From: Aeropyrum pernix K1
GTDB lineage: Archaea; Thermoproteota; Thermoprotei_A; Sulfolobales; Acidilobaceae
NCBI RefSeq assembly: GCF_000011125.1
Contig: NC_000854.2
Location: 600,001-632,000, forward strand
Length of the DNA: 32,000 bases
Direction: 5' to 3'
In this document: one piece after another, positions 17,865 through 26,277 of the stretch
Layout: each line of letters begins with the position of its first letter
Numbering within the stretch: position 1 is the first letter of the stretch
The notes under the pieces: generated by a model
Told to the model about the DNA's origin: nothing
The model's input: the letters and a program-made list of their open reading frames with translations, nothing else
Database searches by the model: none
Program-made: the position numbers and the translations under genes

Positions 17865-19088
17865 CTACCCCCCTGCCCTGCCTCTTGATAGCCTGTAGAG
17901 GAAGGCTGCCGCCACAACAAGCACAACCACACCGACTACTATAACGAGCGTAGAGTCCAGGTTGCTAGGCTGGGACGCCAGTATCCTCGACCTGGCGTCC
18001 TCTACCAGGCTCTGCATCTCGCTGTCGAGCACCGGGCTGGGTATCAGCTTGGCATTGCTCGGCGGGTAGACTAGTGGGTTGTCGAGGACCTCCCTCAACT
18101 CCTCGTCACCCTCCGCCAGGGGTTCTAGTAATTCCTTCTTGATCGAGGGGGCATACCAGACGGCCTTAACGTTCATCGCCGCTATCTCGGGCTCCAGGAG
18201 GAAGTTTATGAAGAGGTGGGCGGCCTCCACGTCGTGGGCATCCCGCGGTATCACCATATAGTCTACCCAGAAGAGGGTGCCGTCCTCGGGCGCTACATAA
18301 CCCACCTCGGGGTTCTCATCCGCGGCTATGAGGGCGTCGCCGTTCCAGGCCTGGGCCAGGCACAGCTCGCCGTTGACAAGCCCTGGGATGTACTGGCTAG
18401 CCCCGTAGAAGCCGGCTAGGTAGGGTTTAAGCTCGATTATAAGCTCCACAACCCTGTCTATATTCTCCTCCGTCCAGGAGGACCTATCGCTGGGGTCGAG
18501 GCCCAAGGCTATCATGCCCGCCTCCACCACCTCGGAGAACTCGGAGAGGAGGCTCACCTTCCCGCTGTACTTCTCAAGGTAGGATTTGCTGAGGAACTCT
18601 TTCCAGGTACTCGGAGGCTCTTCAACACAGCCCTCGACATAGGCTACCCCCGTTGTGCCCCACATGTAGGGCACAGCATAATCCTGGGTGGGGTCGGCTG
18701 GGTGAGACGCTATCCGGGGGTCTAGGTTTGAGAGGTTCGGTATCATGCTCTTGTCCAGCTTCCTGACCAGACCCTGCTCTATGGCGAGCCTGACGTGGGA
18801 GTGGGCTATTATTATGACGTCGTAGCCGCCGCCCCCAGCCTTGAGGTATGGCCACGCCTCCTCAGCACTCTCATACTCGTCGTACACAACCTTGATCCCA
18901 TACCTCTCCTCGAATATCCTCAGCACCTCATAGTCGATATACTCGCTGTAGTTCAAGACCTTGATAGTCCTGTCGGAAGCGGAAGCCGCTGCACCCATAA
19001 GAACCGCGGCCACCAGGGGGGCTAGAACGGCCACTATAACAAGGCCAGCGGCCACGCCCGCTAGAATAGCTCTCTTCACACCGAGCAC
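17865..19088 (-). CDS. potD: ABC transporter substrate-binding protein, PotD-like, C-terminally membrane anchored
   Basis: 'IKVLNYSEYIDYEVLRIFEERYGIKVVYDEYESAEE', 'GGYDVIIIAHSHV', 'VPYMWGTTGVAY', C-terminal TM 'LVIVVGVVVLVVAAAFLYR'. Confidence 0.85.
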   Translation of the reverse strand: MLGVKRAILAGVAAGLVIVAVLAPLVAAVLMGAAASASDRTIKVLNYSEYIDYEVLRIFEERYGIKVVYDEYESAEEAWPYLKAGGGGYDVIIIAHSHVRLAIEQGLVRKLDKSMIPNLSNLDPRIASHPADPTQDYAVPYMWGTTGVAYVEGCVEEPPSTWKEFLSKSYLEKYSGKVSLLSEFSEVVEAGMIALGLDPSDRSSWTEENIDRVVELIIELKPYLAGFYGASQYIPGLVNGELCLAQAWNGDALIAADENPEVGYVAPEDGTLFWVDYMVIPRDAHDVEAAHLFINFLLEPEIAAMNVKAVWYAPSIKKELLEPLAEGDEELREVLDNPLVYPPSNAKLIPSPVLDSEMQSLVEDARSRILASQPSNLDSTLVIVVGVVVLVVAAAFLYRLSRGRAGG

Positions 19089-19246
19089 CTACAAAGCAAC
19101 CGATAACACCCGGGAGATTTAAGCATAACCTGCCAAAAACGGTTAACAGTGAAAAACCCCGGGGACCGTGACACAATATCATGGAGGCTGCGGGGGGCGG
19201 GGTGTGTAGAGCCGCTGTCCACACCGAGGGCTGTCCCGGTGAGGGC

Positions 19247-19271
19247 GGCGGGGTTACGGGCTTACCCCGCC
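19247..19271 (-). terminator. GC-rich hairpin downstream of sdhB (GGCGGGGT-N9-ACCCCGCC); a second weaker one at 19201..19225
   Basis: Perfect 8-bp arms just past the sdhB stop codon; not followed by a clear oligo-T, so the terminator role is tentative. Confidence 0.35.
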
Positions 19272-19286
19272 CCGCCTCTCCTCAGG

Positions 19287-20204
19287 CTAGGCGACCAGCT
19301 TTTCAACGGGTATCTCGGGGGGCGTCTCCTCAAGCTTCTCCACGTCTACGCCGTCCAGGGGCTGCGCCTCCGGCGGCAGGGGGACCCTCTCCTTCTTAGC
19401 CTCCATTGGTGGTACCACGCCGTTTATCCTCTTCTTGTACAGGCCTAGCCTGTACTTGAGTAGGAGGCTCCTCAGCCTCTGTATAGCGCCCGCCGGGTCC
19501 ACCTCCTTGGGGCACACGGCGCTGCAGCTGGCTGCGAAGTGGCAGCCGAAGACGCCGTCTATAGAGTCTACGATCTCAAGCCTCTCCACATACCCCTCGT
19601 CCCTGGGATCCACCACGAACCTGTAAGCCTGGGAGAGGGCCTGGGGGCCGAGGAACTTGGTGTCGCTGGCGAATATGGGGCAGGCGGCCACGCATAGGCC
19701 GCAGGCTATGCAGAGGCTGTACTGGTAGAACTGCTCGTACTCCTCGGGGAGCAGCTTGTACTCGAGTGTCGGGTTCTCCTGCTCATCCACATCCCTCCTT
19801 ATAAGGTAGGGCTTTACGCGCCTGTGCTTCTCGAAGAACTCGGTGAAATCGGTCAGAAGATCCTTGACCACCTTGAAGTTGTAGAGAGGCTCAACCCTGA
19901 CCACAGGCGCGTCCTCTCTAGCCACCTGGGCCACCTGGGTCTGGCACGCCAGCCTGGGCGTGCCGTTAATGGTCATGCCGCAGCTACCACACACCGCCAT
20001 GCGGCAGCTGTACCTGAGGGTGAGGCTGTGGTCCTGCTCCTCCTTGATCTTCAGCAGAGCGTCTAGAACCGTCATACCCCTGTACGTCTCAACCTCGTGC
20101 TCCTGCCACCAGCTCCTCCCGCTCTCGGGATCATACTTTCTAATGACGAACCTGACCCTCTTGGGAGGCGCTAGTGTGGCCACCTTGGGGTCGAACAAGG
20201 CCAT
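19287..20204 (-). CDS. sdhB: Succinate dehydrogenase/fumarate reductase iron-sulfur subunit
   Basis: [2Fe-2S] 'CRMAVCGSCGMTINGTPRLAC', [4Fe-4S] 'CIACGLCVAACP', 'CHFAASCSAVCPKEVDP' third cluster. Confidence 0.95.
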   Translation of the reverse strand: MALFDPKVATLAPPKRVRFVIRKYDPESGRSWWQEHEVETYRGMTVLDALLKIKEEQDHSLTLRYSCRMAVCGSCGMTINGTPRLACQTQVAQVAREDAPVVRVEPLYNFKVVKDLLTDFTEFFEKHRRVKPYLIRRDVDEQENPTLEYKLLPEEYEQFYQYSLCIACGLCVAACPIFASDTKFLGPQALSQAYRFVVDPRDEGYVERLEIVDSIDGVFGCHFAASCSAVCPKEVDPAGAIQRLRSLLLKYRLGLYKKRINGVVPPMEAKKERVPLPPEAQPLDGVDVEKLEETPPEIPVEKLVA

Positions 20205-20225
20205 GGTACCTCACCCCATACAATG

Positions 20226-20579
20226 CTATGCGGGCGGCTCAACCCCCACCACGGTATAGGTTGCCAGGGCGCCGAAGACCAGTAGGGCTAGAACAGCGGC
20301 GGCGTTCACGGCCTTATCCCACAACTCCCCGTGGTGCACCTCCAGGAGTATTATCCTCAGGCCGTTGACGCCGTGGATGAGGGCTGTGTAGGCGAGGAGC
20401 AGGAGGAGGCTGAAGCTGGTTATCTCCCTGTAGACTACCTCCGGCATTAGCGTGTGCACAAAGCTCTCGACTCCGTGGAGCCAGGGCAGCCTGAGGGCCA
20501 GGTGCCATGAGACGAGTACAACTAGGAGAGCAGCCGTGACATACTGGAGAAGCTGCATGTAGCTAGACTTCACAGCCAC
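20226..20579 (-). CDS. sdhD: Succinate dehydrogenase membrane anchor subunit
   Basis: Three-TM small protein with 'YTALIHGVNGLRIILLE' (SdhC/D heme-pocket-like), located between sdhC and sdhB. Confidence 0.75.
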   Translation of the reverse strand: MAVKSSYMQLLQYVTAALLVVLVSWHLALRLPWLHGVESFVHTLMPEVVYREITSFSLLLLLAYTALIHGVNGLRIILLEVHHGELWDKAVNAAAVLALLVFGALATYTVVGVEPPA

Positions 20580-20592
20580 TACTCACCACCCC

Positions 20593-21069
20593 CTAGGTCA
20601 GGAAGAGGACGTAGCCGAGGGCTATCCAGAGAATTATCCATAGTGCAAACACTATGTGGATAAGCCTCCTCTGGAACCCCCTGAGGCTCGGGGCGATGTA
20701 TGGCGGCTTCGGCTTCTCCGGCCTCCCTATCCCCAGGGCCAGGGCCTCGACGAGGAGGAGGCGGACGCCGTTTAGACCGTGGAAGAGTACGGCGCCCATA
20801 GCTATGTAGAACAGGATTGATATGGGTGTTATACCGTCGAGGTTAGCAACCTCCTCCAGCCACGCCTCCCACCCGCTCCTGGCCGGCGCGCTTGTAGATA
20901 TTATGTGGAAGAATATGAAGAAGGCTGTTATAACACCCGTTATCCTATGCATGTGGAATGCCAGCCTCTCAGGGTTGTTCCATATATTCAGTATGAAGGG
21001 GTCTATGAACGCCCTCCAACCAGGCCTCATGTCGAGATACCTAACCAGGTCCCGAGGCCTCCTTGCCAC
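20593..21069 (-). CDS. sdhC: Succinate dehydrogenase cytochrome b subunit
   Basis: 'ERLAFHMHRITGVITAFFIFFHI' and 'GAVLFHGLNGVRLLLVE'. Confidence 0.8.
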   Translation of the reverse strand: MARRPRDLVRYLDMRPGWRAFIDPFILNIWNNPERLAFHMHRITGVITAFFIFFHIISTSAPARSGWEAWLEEVANLDGITPISILFYIAMGAVLFHGLNGVRLLLVEALALGIGRPEKPKPPYIAPSLRGFQRRLIHIVFALWIILWIALGYVLFLT

Positions 21070-21139
21070 CTCTCAAACCACCCCCTCTACACGGCTCACA
21101 GAGAGGGCCCCCTGGAGCCTTGGGTAAAACACCTCCGCC

Positions 21140-22891
21140 CTAGTATTTCCTCTCGACAGGCTTCCAAGTGGTTATCCTGACCGGCTCGTAGTCTATCCTC
21201 ACGTCGTCCTCCCCGCTGGCGGTGACTAGGGTGTGCTTCAGCCAGTTCTCGTCGTCCCTCTTGGGATAGTCGACCCTGTAGTGGGCCCCCCTGCTTTCCG
21301 CCCTGTTCAAGGCGGCCTTTGCCACTGCAAGGGCGGCGTCTAGCATGTTCGCAGTCTCCAGGGCCGCTATTAGGTCTGTATTGTATATCCTGCCCTTGTC
21401 CTCGACGTAGACATCCTCTCTGAACATCTTCCTCAGCTTCAGTATTGTGAGGAGACCCCTCCTCATACCCTCCTCATCCCTTATAACGTAGAAGTACTTG
21501 CCCATGGTGTCCCTCAGCTCCCTCTTAATCGCGTAGCTCGGCGTCCCCGACTCCCTCTTCACGAGGCCGTAAACCCAGGCCTCCTCCTTCTCAAACCTCT
21601 CAGGCTCCACGCCCCGCGCCTCAGCCTTGAGGGCATACTCTGCCGCTAGCATCCCCGCTATCCTACCGGAGGTAAGGCACTCGGCGGTGCTGTTGCTTCC
21701 CAGCCTGTTGGCGCCGTGTATGCTTGCCGCTGCAACCTCGCCTGCCGCGAACAGGCCTCTAACCCACCTGCCCTCCGCGTCCAGCACCCTGTAGTAGCTG
21801 TCCGTCCTTATGCCGCCCATGGTGTAGTGGGCGACCGGCCTGACGGGGAGAGGCTCCTCGACAGGGTCTATGCCAGCGTACCTTATAGCTATCTCCCTGA
21901 CTGCGGGTAGCCGCTCGTTTATCTTCTCCTCCCCCAGGTGCCTCAGGTCGAGAAGCACGTACTCCAGCCCTGAGACGTCGTCCTTGAACCCCCTGCCCTC
22001 CAGTATCTCCCTTATGATGCACCTAGACACTATGTCTCTGGGCGCTATCTCGGCCATCTTGGGGGCGCACTCCTTCCTAAGCATAAACCTCTCCCCCCTG
22101 TTGTTGAGGAGATAGCCTCCCTCGCCCCTGGCGCCCTCCGTTATCAGTATGCCGCTCGGGATCAGGCCGGTGGGGTGGAACTGGAAGAACTCGGGGTCCT
22201 TCAGGGGGAGGCCCGCCCTCAGGGCCATGCCCCAACCGTCTCCCGTTACGGTGTGGGCGTATGTGGCGAAGTTGTAGAGCCTCCCAGCCCCTCCTGTCGC
22301 TATTATGCCCGCCTTCGCCTTGAACAGGTATATGTCGCCGTCCCTCGGGTTTATAGCGAAGACCCCCCTAAACTCCCCGTCCTCCACCACGATGTTGGTG
22401 GCATACCACTCGTCATACCTCTCCCACCCGTCATACTGTAGCAGCTTGTTGTAGAGGGTGTGCATCTCGTAGAAGCCGGTCTTATCACCGGCGAAAAGCG
22501 TTCTCTTGACGCTGTGCCCGCCGAAAGCCCTCACAGCAAGCCTTCCATCAGGCCTCCTACTCCAGGGCATCCCCCAATGCTCGAGCAGCCTAACCTCCTC
22601 GGGCATTAGCTTGACGAATATCCACACAGCGTCCTGGTCGGCCAGGAAGTCGCTCCCCTTTATAGTGTCCCAAGCGTGGAGGGCGTAGCTATCCCCCTCC
22701 TCCTTGTATATAACAGCGGCAGTGCCGCCCTCAGCGCTTATGCTGTGGCTACGCATGAGGTGTATCTTGCTAACCAGGCCTACATCCAGCTTGTCGCCAT
22801 ACCTCCTCTTAATCTCCACCGCCGCCCTCAGACCTGCTATACCCGTTCCGACAACGACCACATCGTGCTCTATGATCTCTGGCTTGGGCAA
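21140..22891 (-). CDS. sdhA: Succinate dehydrogenase/fumarate reductase flavoprotein subunit
   Basis: 'VVVGTGIAGLRAAVE', 'HSISAEGGTAAV', 'QFHPTGL', 'ARGEGGYLLNNRGERF', 'PVAHYTMGGI', 'GANRLGSNSTAECLTSG'. Confidence 0.96.
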   Translation of the reverse strand: MPKPEIIEHDVVVVGTGIAGLRAAVEIKRRYGDKLDVGLVSKIHLMRSHSISAEGGTAAVIYKEEGDSYALHAWDTIKGSDFLADQDAVWIFVKLMPEEVRLLEHWGMPWSRRPDGRLAVRAFGGHSVKRTLFAGDKTGFYEMHTLYNKLLQYDGWERYDEWYATNIVVEDGEFRGVFAINPRDGDIYLFKAKAGIIATGGAGRLYNFATYAHTVTGDGWGMALRAGLPLKDPEFFQFHPTGLIPSGILITEGARGEGGYLLNNRGERFMLRKECAPKMAEIAPRDIVSRCIIREILEGRGFKDDVSGLEYVLLDLRHLGEEKINERLPAVREIAIRYAGIDPVEEPLPVRPVAHYTMGGIRTDSYYRVLDAEGRWVRGLFAAGEVAAASIHGANRLGSNSTAECLTSGRIAGMLAAEYALKAEARGVEPERFEKEEAWVYGLVKRESGTPSYAIKRELRDTMGKYFYVIRDEEGMRRGLLTILKLRKMFREDVYVEDKGRIYNTDLIAALETANMLDAALAVAKAALNRAESRGAHYRVDYPKRDDENWLKHTLVTASGEDDVRIDYEPVRITTWKPVERKY

Positions 22892-22981
22892 GAGACCACC
22901 CCAGAGCTAGCTCCCAAACATATATTCTGAGGTTCTATACTGCTTTATTTTTCGACGGTACACTAAAACCCCGGGGGTTCC

Positions 22982-23425
22982 TTACTCCTTCCTCTTCCTG
23001 ACGCTCTCAACATACTGCTCAGGCGTGAGGAGGCTTTCGAACTCGCCTGGATCCTCGACTTTGATCTTGAATATCCATCCCTCACCGTAGGGGTCGTCGT
23101 TTATCAGCTCCGGCTGGTCTAGGAGCTTCTCGTTGACGTCGACTATCTCGCCAGAGAGGGGGGCGTAGATGTCTGCAGTAGCCTTTATGGACTCGACCGT
23201 CGCCACCGCCTCCCCCTTCTTAACCTTCCTCCCCTTCTCAGGGAGCTCCACGCCAACAATGTCCTTCAGCTCCTTCTGCGCGAAGTCCGTTATACCTACA
23301 GTGGCTACCCCGTCCTCCAGCCTGGCCCACTCGTCGCTCTCCGTGTACCTGAGGTCCTTGCGTAGGAGGAACCTGACGCCAGCCACCTCAACCTCAATAA
23401 CTTGCCCGCCCACCCCAGGAGGCAC
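22982..23425 (-). CDS. gcvH: Glycine cleavage system H protein (lipoyl carrier)
   Basis: 'YTESDEWARLEDGVATVGITDFAQKELKDIVGVELPEKG', lipoyl-lysine region 'TVESIKATADIYAPLSGEIVDVN', 'GEGWIFKIKV'. Confidence 0.93.
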   Translation of the reverse strand: MPPGVGGQVIEVEVAGVRFLLRKDLRYTESDEWARLEDGVATVGITDFAQKELKDIVGVELPEKGRKVKKGEAVATVESIKATADIYAPLSGEIVDVNEKLLDQPELINDDPYGEGWIFKIKVEDPGEFESLLTPEQYVESVRKRKE

Positions 23426-23517
23426 CTCCGAACCACGGCTCAGCTATAGATAATATTGTGTGGAGACTAGTTATTCCTTCCACATAACAACATTGATTCC
23501 AACCGGAGGTAGACTGT

Positions 23518-24243
23518 GTGTTGACAGGCCATAGTAGGGTTCCCGGCAGGCTAGGCTCCTCCCTGGCGGAGTGCGGCTACGTGCTCCAGGTGGCCCTTGA
23601 TTACACGAGCCTCTGGGATGCAGTCTCCCTCGCCTCAAGGATTGGTGCCAGAAGGGGTGTGGCCCTCGAGGTGGGCACCCCTCTTTTGAAGGCCCACGGG
23701 GCTAGGGACTCTGTGGCGGCGCTGAGGGGCGTGGCCGGGGAGGAAGCCCCCGTAGTCGTGGACACTAAGACCGCCGACGCTAGCGATGTTGAGGCGGATA
23801 TAGTTGCATCCTCGGGCGGCGACGCCTTCACAGTTGTGGCGGCGGCTCACGATGTAACTTTGAAGCAGGCTGCTGAGGCTGCAGTGCAGAGGGGTGTAGC
23901 CGTCTACGGCGACCTCGTCGTCAGCAGGGACCCCTTGCTGGACGCTAGGAGGGTTGTGGATGCGGGGGTCCACATAGTGCTCCTGCACCTCGGCCTCGAC
24001 GTGCAGAGGGCTCTAGGCCTCACAGCCTCCTCCAGGGTTGACCTGGTCAGGAGGATAGCCTCCGAGATAGATGCTACCATAGCCGTTGCAGGCGGGGTCA
24101 AGCCTAGGGAGGCGGGGGCTCTCGCCTCCGCGGGAGCCTCCATAGTAATTATAGGAGGCGCTATAACAGGTAGCCCGGACCCGGGGAGAGAGGTTGAGAA
24201 GGCCCTAGAGAGCCTCAGGGGTGAGGGGTTTAGATGCCGCTAG
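23518..24243 (+). CDS. 3-hexulose-6-phosphate synthase-like protein (orotidine-5'-monophosphate decarboxylase superfamily); exact start uncertain
   Basis: 'LQVALDYTSLWDAVSLA', DxKxxD motif 'VVDTKTADASDVEAD', 'HLGLDVQ', 'IAVAGGVKPREAGALASAGASIVIIGGAITGSPDP'. Confidence 0.78.
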   Translation: MLTGHSRVPGRLGSSLAECGYVLQVALDYTSLWDAVSLASRIGARRGVALEVGTPLLKAHGARDSVAALRGVAGEEAPVVVDTKTADASDVEADIVASSGGDAFTVVAAAHDVTLKQAAEAAVQRGVAVYGDLVVSRDPLLDARRVVDAGVHIVLLHLGLDVQRALGLTASSRVDLVRRIASEIDATIAVAGGVKPREAGALASAGASIVIIGGAITGSPDPGREVEKALESLRGEGFRCR

Positions 24244-24947
24244 AGCCGGGCAGCCTCTCTAGCCTAGAGGCCAAAGACCTCCCGGGCAGGGCACTTCCTG
24301 TCCTGCCCTTCGGAAGCGTGGAACAGCACTGTAGCCTGCCCCTGGCTACCGACGCCCTGCTGGCCGAGGCCGCCGCCCGAGGCGCCTGCGAGCTGCTGGA
24401 GAGGGAGCATGGAGTCGCCTGCCTTCTCCTCCCAACGATGTACTATGGGTTCAGCCCGGAGTGGGCAGGCTACCCGGGAACCCTAAGCCTCTCACTATCA
24501 ACCATAAGCGGCGTGGTAAGAGACCTGCTTGAATCCCTGAGGAGCTGGGGTTTCGACAGGGCGGCGATTATAAACGGCCACGGGGGAAACACCAGCGTCC
24601 TCGAGGCTGCGGCGAGGGAGGCTTCGAGAAGCCTCTCTATGGTTGTGGGTGTAGCCAGCTACTGGGCATTCCTCCCTGCCCAGGACCTCGGCCACGGAGG
24701 AGATGTTGAAGCCAGCCTCCTGAAACACCTAGCGGGTGTAGAGGCCCCAAGGGACGGCGGGTGTAGGAGCGTGAGGATCTCACAGGTGGGGAGGTGGATA
24801 ATCAGCCCGGGAGTAAGGGGGGGTGTAGGCGCCTACTCGCATGGAAGCGGCCCCGTGACCAGGGTGGGAGTGGAGGAGATGCTCCGGGGCCTATCCAGGT
24901 TCCTCTATAGCGTGTGGAGGCAGCCGGTCGAGGAGCAGTCCATATAG
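24234..24947 (+). CDS. Creatininase (creatinine amidohydrolase / ArfB-like) family protein
   Basis: 'LPFGSVEQHCSLPLATDALLAE', 'YYGFSPEW..YPGTLSLS', 'AAIINGHGGNTSVLEAA'. Overlaps the upstream gene by 10 nt. Confidence 0.85.
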   Translation: MPLEPGSLSSLEAKDLPGRALPVLPFGSVEQHCSLPLATDALLAEAAARGACELLEREHGVACLLLPTMYYGFSPEWAGYPGTLSLSLSTISGVVRDLLESLRSWGFDRAAIINGHGGNTSVLEAAAREASRSLSMVVGVASYWAFLPAQDLGHGGDVEASLLKHLAGVEAPRDGGCRSVRISQVGRWIISPGVRGGVGAYSHGSGPVTRVGVEEMLRGLSRFLYSVWRQPVEEQSI

Positions 24948-24970
24948 CATTATCCGCCGCCGTTCACCCA

Positions 24971-24987
24971 AACCGTGCCTTCATGTA
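24971..24987 (+). repeat. Copy 2 of 17-nt direct repeat AACCGTGCCTTCATGTA
   Basis: Exact match with 11504..11520. Confidence 0.8.
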
Positions 24988-25035
24988 ACAAATTATGGCA
25001 GGTTGTGTCGGGCACGGCTGGGTTCATCACGGTCT

Positions 25036-25087
25036 CCCCGGGGCCGCCTACGGAAGCCCCTGGGGGCTTCCCTCGGGAACCCCGGGG
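25036..25087. other. Potential nested stem: CCCCGGGG...GGAAGCCC-CTGG-GGGCTTCC...CCCCGGGG
   Basis: Inner perfect 8-bp stem 25052-25059/25064-25071; outer 8-nt CCCCGGGG at 25036-25043 and 25080-25087. Confidence 0.5.
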
Positions 25088-25116
25088 TCACCGGGTTAGG
25101 TTTATGAGCTTCAAGC

Positions 25117-25146
25117 CTTATAAGTTTTATTGGGGATTCCCCAATA
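25117..25146 (+). promoter_or_regulatory. TATA-like CTTATAAG (25117-25124) followed by perfect palindrome TATTGGGG-ATT-CCCCAATA (25128-25146), operator-like
   Basis: Perfect 8-bp arms with 3-nt spacer directly between a TATA-like element and ATG 25146. Confidence 0.5.
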
Positions 25147-25172
25147 TGAGCTACATAACGAAGAGATATGGC

Positions 25173-25203
25173 TTAGATAGGCATTCAACATCAGCCTATC
25201 TAA
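25173..25203. repeat. Perfect 10-bp inverted repeat TTAGATAGGC-N11-GCCTATCTAA
   Basis: Arms 25173-25182 and 25194-25203 read directly from the sequence. Confidence 0.7.
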
Positions 25204-25269
25204 TAGCTCTACGCGGTATAGAAAGATACAGTCCGATACAGAAAGTTACAGCTTAGTGTTTCTGCCCCC

Positions 25270-25286
25270 GAGATCCTAAGGATCTC
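25270..25286. repeat. Inverted repeat GAGATCC-TAA-GGATCTC, downstream of the KvAP gene's 3' end
   Basis: Perfect 7-bp arms with 3-nt loop; possible 3' end processing or termination structure. Confidence 0.45.
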
Positions 25287-25329
25287 CCTCACGCTGAGAG
25301 GGCGGGGCGACCAGCCTTGAAACCCAGGT

Positions 25330-26217
25330 CTATTTCATGCTGTTCTCCAGCCTCCTAAGGTTTTTAAGGGTTCTCACGAACTCCTCGAACTCCTCCTCGC
25401 TCATAGAGGAGACCATCTCAGCCAGCTTGGCGGGGCTGCAGCTAGGCTCAGGCTCTCCAACCAGTATCTTCTGGAACATGTTGGAGACGGTGCCTATCAA
25501 CAGGGTTAGGGCGCTTATGCCGGTGAGCATAACTGCAATACCTATGACCTTCCCTATAGGAGTCGCTGGCACCACGTCCCCGTAGCCAACGGTTGTGGCG
25601 GTCACTACGGCCCACCACAGGGCGTCGAAAACCGACTTGATACTGCTGTTCGGATCCGGATACTCCACTATGTAGATGGCGAAGGCTCCGTAGAGGACGG
25701 TCAGCATTACGGCGCCAAAGAGGTGGTAGAATCTTATTTTGTCCGCAGCATCCGCTATGGCTGAGAGGAACTTGCTGCCCCTCGATATGATGAGTAGGAT
25801 CCTGAGGAACCTGAGAAGCCTCACGAGCCTGAAGAGCCCGAGACCGGCCAGATGGCCCTCTATGAGGGCCAGTAGACCCGCTGGTACGAGGGCTGGGATC
25901 TCGTAGAGCGTCTTCTTAACATAACCCGCCGGATCCCCGCTCTTGTAGGCGCGGTATGCATAGTCGGCCCACAGGATGATGACGAGAATAAGGTCGACAA
26001 GATAGAGTCTTACAAGGTACTCTCCGCTAAGCTGCATGGTATATTCGACGACAACGACTATCACGGAGAGAAGAGCTGCATACGACACCCCAAGCTCCAC
26101 CAGAGGATGCTCCATCACATCACCAATGTTCCTGACCCTACCGCCGAGATCGCTCAAACCCCTCCTAAACCTGGCCATAACGCTACACCCGGGAAACACC
26201 CACCTCTCCACACTCAC
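25330..26217 (-). CDS. Voltage-gated potassium channel KvAP (start either GTG 26217 or Met14, ATG 26178)
   Basis: S4 'GLFRLVRLLRFLRILLIISRG', selectivity filter 'TATTVGYGD', whole sequence matches recalled Aeropyrum pernix KvAP. Confidence 0.97.
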   Translation of the reverse strand: MSVERWVFPGCSVMARFRRGLSDLGGRVRNIGDVMEHPLVELGVSYAALLSVIVVVVEYTMQLSGEYLVRLYLVDLILVIILWADYAYRAYKSGDPAGYVKKTLYEIPALVPAGLLALIEGHLAGLGLFRLVRLLRFLRILLIISRGSKFLSAIADAADKIRFYHLFGAVMLTVLYGAFAIYIVEYPDPNSSIKSVFDALWWAVVTATTVGYGDVVPATPIGKVIGIAVMLTGISALTLLIGTVSNMFQKILVGEPEPSCSPAKLAEMVSSMSEEEFEEFVRTLKNLRRLENSMK

Positions 26218-26277
26218 TCTTCAAAAGGACCCACCCCCTATTAGGTGGGATAGAGGGCTGGCCCGGGGGGTAGGCTG

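Noticed and set aside
24975-25256. 93-aa + strand track ORF in the creatininase-KvAP gap
   Set aside because: Its first half (MPSCNKLWQVVSGTAGF...PPTEAPGGFPREPRG) runs through the GC-rich nested stem with no family resemblance. Only the last 36 codons coincide with a promoter-like element, so the full ORF is not supported.
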